From positions 1 to 64,000 of IMG/VR virus record IMGVR_UViG_3300015374_000002: a stretch of 64,000 nt of DNA. One strand, written 5' to 3'. Each line of letters opens with the position of its first letter. Position 1 is the first letter of the stretch. The notes beneath the pieces are model-generated. The model did not search any database, was not told the DNA's origin, and saw only the letters and a program-made list of their open reading frames with translations. This DNA comes from a virus. Its lineage: Duplodnaviria; Caudoviricetes. Made by a program: the position numbers and the translations under genes. Shown here one piece after another: positions 57,274-64,000 of the stretch.

Positions 57274-57570
57274 TCACCCCTTGCCGGACCGGTTCTTCGC
57301 CGCCAGGACGCGAGACAGACCCTGCACGGTGAGCCGGTACCGGCGGCGGGGGAGTATCTCCTCCCCATACTGGTCGATCTCTGTCATCTCCCAGTGGGAG
57401 TTGATCCAGTCGGAGCGTTCCAGCCTGGCCAGATCGGGATACAGGTTGCCCGACCACGACAGGTTCAGCGCGTGGTAGAGGTCGATCCCCGTCATCCCCC
57501 CATCGGGCCCGTTGAACAGGGCGACCAGGATCGCCACCTGTCGCTTGACCCGCCGCTTCCTCCCGAACAT
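57274..57570 (-). CDS. PadR-like winged-helix regulator
   Basis: GNLYPDLARLE..DWI.SHWE ... RRRYRLT..G. Confidence 0.8.
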   Translation of the reverse strand: MFGRKRRVKRQVAILVALFNGPDGGMTGIDLYHALNLSWSGNLYPDLARLERSDWINSHWEMTEIDQYGEEILPRRRYRLTVQGLSRVLAAKNRSGKG

Positions 57571-57935
57571 CACGCGGACTCCTTCAGGGCCTTGTCGTAC
57601 TCGATCAGGGCGGCGGCCAGGGCCGACTGGTGGATGTCGGTGTAGAACGCCTGCCAGGATTCGCCGAACTCGTGTTGGGCCCATGAGCGGACGATATGGA
57701 AGGCGGCCCAGGCGCGCGCCTCCGGGCCGTCCTGGTCGGCGTGGACCTGGCCGCGCCGTTCCTGCATGGCGGCCAGCGCCGGTCCGCCGAGGAGGCGGGC
57801 GCATTCGGTGCAGTTGAGTCCGGCGGGGTGGTTGACGCTGCGGCAGGGCCGCAGCCCCTTCTCATCTTCGGGGTGCGCCGGTGTGGGGTGGCCGCACATG
57901 GTGCAGTGGGTGAACTCCGTGTCCGTGTCGCTCAT
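57570..57935 (-). CDS. hypothetical protein
   Basis: MSDTDTEF...; AGGAGG RBS. Confidence 0.7.
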   Translation of the reverse strand: MSDTDTEFTHCTMCGHPTPAHPEDEKGLRPCRSVNHPAGLNCTECARLLGGPALAAMQERRGQVHADQDGPEARAWAAFHIVRSWAQHEFGESWQAFYTDIHQSALAAALIEYDKALKESA

Positions 57936-57958
57936 ACGGACCTCCTCATGTGTTGGTG

Positions 57959-58240
57959 TTACGGCGTTTGGGTGATCTTCTTCTCTGCTTGCCGCAGGCA
58001 CGTCTTACAGGTGCGTGAATCCCGGGGCCAGTCAATCTTGCGGTAGTCGCGGTCGGTGGGCAGCCAAACCTGGCGCCCACACAACGCCCTGTAGGGAACC
58101 TTGTAACCTTCGAACCGGGCAGGCCGGGGGCTGCCTGCGGTGGTGGAGCCCTGCGGCACGGCATGGTCTGTGAATCCGACGCCGAAGTCCCGCCCCACCC
58201 AGAAGGTGGCCGGGGCGGCTGGGCGGCCGTTGCCGGTCAT
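57959..58240 (-). CDS. hypothetical Zn-binding protein
   Basis: H ... ALCG ... TCKTC; ATGA overlap. Confidence 0.6.
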   Translation of the reverse strand: MTGNGRPAAPATFWVGRDFGVGFTDHAVPQGSTTAGSPRPARFEGYKVPYRALCGRQVWLPTDRDYRKIDWPRDSRTCKTCLRQAEKKITQTP

Positions 58241-58695
58241 GGCGTTTCCGGGGTTTGCCGGTCGATGGCATGCCGTGCTGCGTCGGCGGCCATGGCGAGC
58301 ATGGCCAGGAACAGTTTGGCCAGCCTGTCAGACTCCTCCTGCCAGTAGGGCTTCAGGATGGCGGCCATCATCTGGTGGTCGTCGTTCTTGTAGCAAGTGA
58401 CCAACCTGATGACGTCGCGCCCTTCCGGTGACATGGTGGTCTGGTCAAGGGTGACGGGCTGCCCGGTGGTGACGTCGATGATTTCGACGTACCAGAAGTC
58501 TCCGCCAGATGGGCCGTCGCTCATCTGGTCGGCTATGAGGTGGGCCCAGGCGCACATGGCGCCGTGGACGGCCCTAATGCCATGTTCGACGATCAGTGAG
58601 GTTGCGGTGGCGGCCATTTCGCGGTCGCCTGCGAGGGCGGCGATGAGGGCCGTCTTGACGGCTTCGCCCACCTCGGGTGGCATGGTCTTGGACAT
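58237..58695 (-). CDS. hypothetical protein
   Basis: 152-aa ORF downstream of dnaB. Confidence 0.7.
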   Translation of the reverse strand: MSKTMPPEVGEAVKTALIAALAGDREMAATATSLIVEHGIRAVHGAMCAWAHLIADQMSDGPSGGDFWYVEIIDVTTGQPVTLDQTTMSPEGRDVIRLVTCYKNDDHQMMAAILKPYWQEESDRLAKLFLAMLAMAADAARHAIDRQTPETP

Positions 58696-58704
58696 TGGTG
58701 GTCC

Positions 58705-60060
58705 CTAGGAGTTGTGGGGCTGGGCCATATCGACGAATCTGCTGTAGTGGCCCTGGAAGGCGACGGTGATCGTCGTTGTGGGGCCATTGCGGTGTTTCGC
58801 GACAATAAAGTCCGCTTCGCCTGCGCGGGGGCTTTCCTTTGTGTAGGCGTCTTCGCGGTGCAGCAGGAGAACCATGTCCGCATCCTGCTCTATCGATCCG
58901 CTTTCACGTAGATGGACCAATTCAGGGCGTTTGTCGGCTTTCTGCTCCGGGCCCCGGTTCAGCTGCGACATCGCCACCACGGGAATCTCCAGCTCCTTGG
59001 CCAGCAGCTTGATCGACCGGGAGATCTCCGACACCTCATTCTGCCGATTCTCCGACCGGCTGCTGCCCGACGACATCAACTGCATGTAGTCGATGACGAC
59101 GAACCGCAGGTCGTGCCGCTCCTTCAACCGGCGGGCCTTGGCCCGGATCTGCATCATGTTCTGATTGGCGGTGTCGTCGATGAACAGCGGCGCCTCGGTG
59201 ATGGCGGCCATCCGCTTGGCCATGCGGGTCCAGTCGTCTTCGCCGAGTGTGCCGCTTCGGATGCCGTGCAGGACGACGCGCGCCTCGGCGGCCAGCAGGC
59301 GTTGCACGATCTCCAGCCGGGACATTTCCAGGCTGAAGATGGCGGTGGTCAAACCATGCTTGATGGCGGCATTTCGGGCGAAGTCGAGTCCGAGGGTCGA
59401 TTTGCCGATGGCGGGCCTGGCCGCCACGACGATCATCTGCTGTGGGTGGAGTCCCCCGGTGAGCCGGTCCAGATCCTCGAAACCGGTCGGGATGCCGACC
59501 AGCTCGCCGCCCCGGCCGCCCGCCGCCTCGATCTCGTCCAGGGCGCCCGGCATGATGTCGGACAGCGGGGCGTAGTCGTCGCTGGGCCGCAGCCCTGGCA
59601 CCTTGCCCAGCTCCGCCTGGGCCCGCTCCAGAACCGCGTCAGCGCTTTCCCCAGCCGGGTTCCGCGCCCAGCTCTGCACCCGGATCGTTGCTTCCAGCAG
59701 GCGGCGCAGCACCGCCTGCTCACGCACGATCTTGGCGTAGTGGGAGGCGTTGACAGCCGTCGGCGTCACCGCCGTCAGCTCATGCAGATACAGCGGCCCG
59801 CCGACGCGACCCCCTTCCCCGTTGTTCTGCAGCACGCTGTAGACGGTGACGGTGTCGGCCGGTTTGCCCTTGCCGAACAAGTCCACGACCACGTCGTAGA
59901 TCATCTGGTGGGCTGGGCGGTAGAAGTCGTCCGCCTTCACCACCTCCACCACGTCGGAGATGGCGTCGCGGGACATCAGCATGGCGCCCAGCACCGACTG
60001 CTCCGCTTCGATGTTGTGCGGCGGAGGCGTCTCGAAATCCGCCTCCAGCATGTCGGTCAC
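58705..60060 (-). CDS. dnaB: replicative DNA helicase
   Basis: PPHNIEAEQSVLG, AARPAIGKS, IDYMQLM, SQLNR, LRESGSIEQDAD, AKHRNGP. Confidence 0.97.
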   Translation of the reverse strand: MTDMLEADFETPPPHNIEAEQSVLGAMLMSRDAISDVVEVVKADDFYRPAHQMIYDVVVDLFGKGKPADTVTVYSVLQNNGEGGRVGGPLYLHELTAVTPTAVNASHYAKIVREQAVLRRLLEATIRVQSWARNPAGESADAVLERAQAELGKVPGLRPSDDYAPLSDIMPGALDEIEAAGGRGGELVGIPTGFEDLDRLTGGLHPQQMIVVAARPAIGKSTLGLDFARNAAIKHGLTTAIFSLEMSRLEIVQRLLAAEARVVLHGIRSGTLGEDDWTRMAKRMAAITEAPLFIDDTANQNMMQIRAKARRLKERHDLRFVVIDYMQLMSSGSSRSENRQNEVSEISRSIKLLAKELEIPVVAMSQLNRGPEQKADKRPELVHLRESGSIEQDADMVLLLHREDAYTKESPRAGEADFIVAKHRNGPTTTITVAFQGHYSRFVDMAQPHNS

Positions 60061-61115
60061 GCAGCCTCCAGTTTCGGCTTGCCGTCCAGGGACGTCCACA
60101 GGCGGGCGTCCATCATGCCCAGCTCTACGCAGAAGGGGTGCGGGTCAGCCAGTTCACCGGCTTGCCGCCACCGCTCCACCACGTCCAGGATCTGGGCGAT
60201 GCGCTCCTCCTGGCCGGGCTTCGGGCCGTGGGCTTTGCCGCCGTCCCAGGCCAGGCCGAGCGCCTTGCGGGCCCGCCTGATCGTATGGTCCTCGACGGCG
60301 GGCGTCGTCAGGCGCAACTGCTTGGCTATCTCGCCCAGGCTCATGTTGTACTGGACCGCCATCCGGGCCACCTGCATGTGCAGCAGCGCTTCCCGGTCGC
60401 GGCGGGCCCAACGCTCCTCGATCTTCTCGTTGCGGATGTCGCCCTCCCACAGCAGCCCGTCTGGGGCGTAGTCGTCGGGAGTGCGGAACCCGTACCGGCG
60501 GGCCAGGTCCTTGGCGCGGATGTGGTGGATGCCGGTGTAGGGGATCGCGCACATCTGGTCAAAGAAGGCGTTGACGTCGTCAAGCATGTCGCGGGCGACG
60601 CGACGACGATGTCCCGTAACGATCTGGAGGATGGTGGTGTAGCCGTATCCGAGGCGGGAGCCCTGCACGGCGGCGGGCCAGCCATTGGCGCACAGCGAAC
60701 CCAGCTTCCACCTGATGAGACGGGCGGGGACGCTCGTCGTAGATGCCGCGATCAGGTCGTCTTCGGTGATGGCCGCGATGCGGCGTCCGGTACTGACGAG
60801 GACAGAGTCCACCTGCCCGTTGAGGATCTTTTCGAGGCCATGGCGGGACAGTCCAGCTGCGCGAGCCACAGGCTGGTGCACCCACTCTTTGTCGTCGATC
60901 CAGGTCCGCAGGATGGTGCGAAGTTCGGATACGCGGTAGCGGCGCGGAACTCCTTGACGGACCTTCTGCCGACGTTCGGCGTCGGCAAGGCGGATGATCT
61001 CCGAACACGTGGAGGCTCCGGGGCAAGGGTAGGTGGCCCGGCATCCGGCCCGGTAGCCGAGTGCGGTGCCGTGCGGGAAGTCGGGGTCGTTGGGGTCACG
61101 CGGACGTGCGGGCAT
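60057..61115 (-). CDS. multi-HTH hypothetical DNA-binding protein
   Basis: HGT..GY..GC N-terminus; HTH-like VARAAGLSR..L..I..G and LGEIAKQL. Confidence 0.75.
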   Translation of the reverse strand: MPARPRDPNDPDFPHGTALGYRAGCRATYPCPGASTCSEIIRLADAERRQKVRQGVPRRYRVSELRTILRTWIDDKEWVHQPVARAAGLSRHGLEKILNGQVDSVLVSTGRRIAAITEDDLIAASTTSVPARLIRWKLGSLCANGWPAAVQGSRLGYGYTTILQIVTGHRRRVARDMLDDVNAFFDQMCAIPYTGIHHIRAKDLARRYGFRTPDDYAPDGLLWEGDIRNEKIEERWARRDREALLHMQVARMAVQYNMSLGEIAKQLRLTTPAVEDHTIRRARKALGLAWDGGKAHGPKPGQEERIAQILDVVERWRQAGELADPHPFCVELGMMDARLWTSLDGKPKLEAA

Positions 61116-61463
61116 GCAGCATCACTCCTTGAGGGTGGACCCGGTCGCTCACGGGTACACTCATTTAGTATGACCGCTCGTTGCGGAATCTGGCAAGGAC
61201 GTCAGCCTCCATCGCTGCCGCGTTCGCTCTCATGACCTGCACCAACGCTTCACAGATCTCGCGTGCCTGACGCCGGGTGAAGGCGTGGCCTTCCTCGTCT
61301 GAACGGGCGGCGTCCCACCTCTGCACCACCCCCGTAGCGTCCCTGATTTCGACGCTGGGGCGGGTCAGGCGGATGGCGTGCCGGTGGATACGGAAGGGCC
61401 GGGATGGGCGCCACCGGGTGCGTTCCAGGGCCGCAGACAGGGCGTCGTGGAGGTCGTACGGGT

Positions 61464-61724
61464 TCAGGATCGCTCCTCCTCTTCTGCGGTCAGTGGGCCG
61501 GTCGGGTGCGCCTCCGCCGTAGTGGCTTCATCGGAGCAGGCCCAGACGGCGAGCATCGCCGGGAGGGTGGAGTCGTAGGAGTTGACGCCCACCACGTCGC
61601 CGGTGGGACGCAGGCGGCACACGACGGCCAGGGCTGGGGCGTAGAGCAGGTCGGCGAACGCCGCCACCACGATGTCGATGGCGGCGTTCGACGGCATTTC
61701 GGGCATGGGTATAGCAGGGCTCAC
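61464..61724 (-). CDS. hypothetical protein
   Basis: GTG start with GGAG, leader motif and promoter motif. Confidence 0.5.
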   Translation of the reverse strand: MSPAIPMPEMPSNAAIDIVVAAFADLLYAPALAVVCRLRPTGDVVGVNSYDSTLPAMLAVWACSDEATTAEAHPTGPLTAEEEERS

Positions 61725-61815
61725 AGGGGGTCTCCAAAGGTATGCCCGGGTCGCTCTACCGGGCCGGTCGGACCCCTCAATTCTACAATCATTTAGCGGA
61801 TCGGGTGTGGCTTTG

Positions 61816-62532
61816 TCATATCGGCACACCCCAGCCCTGAAACAGCGTCGCCGTGTAGGTGAGCCGGACCTGCCCCGCCCGTCCGGCAGCGCCCGCCAAG
61901 GTGCCCGAGTTGGTGCCGCCCGCCCCGCCACCACCACCGCCAGGGCCGGATGCTGGAGTTGTCGCGTTGTTGGACCCCTGAGTGCCGCCGGTACCACCAG
62001 GCCCACCGCCGGTGACTGCCGTCGCACCCGCGCCTCCGGCGCCGCTGCTCGTTGACGCGTTACTCCCCGCGTTGCCAACGGCGGCGGTACCAGCGGAACC
62101 TCCTCCACCTCCACCGCCGCCCCAGGAGGAGTTGCCCGCACCGCCCGCACCGCCGTTGAAATGCGTGCCTGTCGCCGTGCCGGTGCCGCCTGCACCGCCC
62201 GCACCCGCCGCAGCGGAAGCGCCTCCGCTGCCGCCGTGTCCCGTCACCGTGACGGACGTGCCCGTGAAAGTCGAGCTCCCTCCGGAGCCGCCGGTCGCCT
62301 GGGCTACGCCGGTGCCGCCCGCACCGACCGTGTAGGAGTAGCCGGTGCCGGGCGAGACCGCCACGCCGGTCACCTTGGCGTACTCGCCGCCGCCGCCTCC
62401 TCCGCCGTTCTTGGACGTGGACGCGCCACCGCCCGCGCCGCCGCCGCCCCAGCATTCGACGTCAACGCTGGTGACCCCGGATGGGCAGGTCCACGTAGAT
62501 GTGCCCGCCGTGGTGAACGTGTCGGTCGCCAT
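61816..62532 (-). CDS. glycine-rich virion (tail/baseplate-associated) protein
   Basis: T..WT.P.GV..V.VE.WGGGG.GG glycine-rich domain. Confidence 0.8.
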   Translation of the reverse strand: MATDTFTTAGTSTWTCPSGVTSVDVECWGGGGAGGGASTSKNGGGGGGGEYAKVTGVAVSPGTGYSYTVGAGGTGVAQATGGSGGSSTFTGTSVTVTGHGGSGGASAAAGAGGAGGTGTATGTHFNGGAGGAGNSSWGGGGGGGGSAGTAAVGNAGSNASTSSGAGGAGATAVTGGGPGGTGGTQGSNNATTPASGPGGGGGGAGGTNSGTLAGAAGRAGQVRLTYTATLFQGWGVPI

Positions 62533-63020
62533 CAGCAGAGAATCTGCACTACTAGGTCCGCCCCGGCCACGGTGCTCCCAATTTGATCTATGTCCACGGT
62601 GAAGTAGGCCCCATCGGCGATCGTCGTCGTGTTCATGTTCGTGACCTTGCCGGAGGTGTTTCCGCTGATCGCGATCGTCGGCCGGTTGCCCTGCGTAGAG
62701 AAGATCGTGGTGCCGTTGACGTTGATGTCCACGATGATCGCGGCGCCCGTGGGGGCCGTGCCGACACTCGCGCGTACGCCCTTGATGTCGAGGGTGGCGG
62801 TGGTGTCGTTGTAGATCCGGAACGTCCCGGCGCCCGTGGTCAGAGTGCCAGCGCGGGAGAACGGGAACAGAATCCCCGCCTCGACAAGGTGTTCCGCACC
62901 TGCACTGTTACGCGTCCACAGCACCGCATTGGGCCTGGCGAATACGGCGCACCATCCGGACGGCGGATTGCCCGGACTGGCTTGCTCCGGCAGCGCCACC
63001 GCGCTCGCGAACTTCGGCAT
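62532..63020 (-). CDS. putative minor tail / virion protein
   Basis: ASVGTAPTGA.I.VDIN ... TVDIDQIGSTVAGADL pattern. Confidence 0.75.
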   Translation of the reverse strand: MPKFASAVALPEQASPGNPPSGWCAVFARPNAVLWTRNSAGAEHLVEAGILFPFSRAGTLTTGAGTFRIYNDTTATLDIKGVRASVGTAPTGAAIIVDINVNGTTIFSTQGNRPTIAISGNTSGKVTNMNTTTIADGAYFTVDIDQIGSTVAGADLVVQILC

Positions 63021-63214
63021 CAGACGTCCTTGGTTTCGAGCCCCTCCGGGCGCCAGCCGACTCCGTGACAGTGATCACACTGCACGAGGCGTTGTGCGAC
63101 GGCCAGGGCGCGCAGCCGGTGCGGGAACGGACGTGGCTCGTCGGTGGAGGTGGAGTAGCACGGCTCCCCTGGCTCGGCCAGGCAGCAGGAGCAGGTCGCC
63201 TCCAGCGGATCCAT
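63020..63214 (-). CDS. small Zn-finger protein
   Basis: CSCC.A.PG.PC ... H..R ... CDHCHG.G. Confidence 0.55.
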   Translation of the reverse strand: MDPLEATCSCCLAEPGEPCYSTSTDEPRPFPHRLRALAVAQRLVQCDHCHGVGWRPEGLETKDV

Positions 63215-63216
63215 GT

Positions 63217-64000
63217 TCACGCCCTGGCCTGCACGACGACGCGGTAGACGGCGGAGGAGGCGGAGTTGGCTGAGGTCAGGGAGATGTTGTTGGTGTCCAC
63301 CACGATCTCGTCCATGTAGACGCGGGCGCCGCCGGTGTTCTCGTACACGAACACCTGGACGTCCTTGGTCCCCAGGTTGTGGGTGATATTGAGGGCGCTG
63401 CCGCCGGTCAGCGCGCCGACGTCGGCGGCGTAGGCGGTGACGGCGACCAGGTTGGTACGGGCGGCCGACGCGCTGGTGGCGTTGGTGCCGCCCTTGCTGA
63501 GGGGTACCAGGCCCACGGTGATGTCGTTCGAGTTCACCGTCAGGCTGCCGTCGGCGGCCACGACGTCGAACGTCGAACCGGTCAGGGTCAGACCGGCCCC
63601 GGCGACGTAGGTGGTGCCGGAGGTCGTGTAGACGGTCCACGTCTGCGTCCACGAGCCTGGCGAGCCTGACGGGGTGGCCGTCTGGATGTACTGGCCGCCC
63701 GCGTAGGTGCCCTCGGCTACGGCGACGAGGGTGCCGTCCAGGATCTCCCCGGTGGCGTCGGCGTCGGGAGCGCGGGTGGCGGCGGAGCCGGACCCGTTGA
63801 AGACGTAGATGCCGTTCTGGGTGCCGGTCGTCTGCCCGGCGGCCAGGAATCGGTCGCCGCTGGTCAGGGTGACGCCGTCCACGGTCGTGCCGGGGCCGGA
63901 CAGGGTGACGTTGGATTGGGTGGCCACCCTGACGGGGTCCTTGACGCCCACGATCCCGGCCCGCGCATCGTCAACGTACTGTTTGTTGGCGGCGTCGGTG
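63217..64000 (-). CDS. putative virion/tail-fibre-associated protein (5' end outside window)
   Basis: DAANKQYVD..., K..VRVAT..N..LSG....DGV.L..GDR.L...Q....NGIY motif; ORF open at window edge. Confidence 0.8.
   Translation of the reverse strand, partial: TDAANKQYVDDARAGIVGVKDPVRVATQSNVTLSGPGTTVDGVTLTSGDRFLAAGQTTGTQNGIYVFNGSGSAATRAPDADATGEILDGTLVAVAEGTYAGGQYIQTATPSGSPGSWTQTWTVYTTSGTTYVAGAGLTLTGSTFDVVAADGSLTVNSNDITVGLVPLSKGGTNATSASAARTNLVAVTAYAADVGALTGGSALNITHNLGTKDVQVFVYENTGGARVYMDEIVVDTNNISLTSANSASSAVYRVVVQARA

Noticed and set aside
58705-60060. Intein in DnaB or terminase
   Set aside because: Both are of normal length with contiguous motifs and no intein terminal signatures
10639-60471. 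Long plus-strand ORFs (e.g. 10639-11988, 18409-19860, 27274-28923, 58912-60471)
   Set aside because: Antisense shadows of well-supported minus-strand genes, typical of high-GC codon bias
1410-61760. GAGCGAC as an extended Shine-Dalgarno pairing with 16S rRNA
   Set aside because: It lies 5' of the SD at variable distance and is not complementary to the 16S 3' tail
1-64000. Prophage boundary, integrase or att site
   Set aside because: No recombinase, host housekeeping block or flanking direct repeat seen; lifestyle cannot be decided from this window

Overview
High-GC (actinomycete-type) segment of a large tailed-phage (or phage-plasmid) genome, almost all coded on the minus strand. Head module: terminase large subunit, portal-MuF fusion, an ADP-ribosyltransferase-like protein, an Ig-like protein, a 1074-aa zincin + ART protein, an HK97 prohead protease, and a major capsid gene that appears split by two related group I introns around a 45-nt micro-exon. 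Replication and host-takeover genes: sliding clamp, DnaB, DarB-like methylase/helicase, dCTP deaminase, RNase H-like, NUDIX and an anti-sigma-like ATPase. RNA systems: a Ro60/TROVE gene behind two Y-RNA-like hairpins, and a ~13.5-kb array of about 36 assignable tRNAs covering all 20 amino acids. The array also holds about 9 aberrant tRNA-like genes (8/4 allo-type, large anticodon-arm insertions) and several unassigned structured RNAs. Three recurring cis motifs stand out: GCTAAATG in promoter spacers, GCGACNYTAR before head genes, and GAGCGAC just 5' of the Shine-Dalgarno of about 20 genes. One array hairpin loop is antisense to the GAGCGAC leader. All calls were made by eye with no searches; small-ORF starts and tRNA ends may be off by a few nt.
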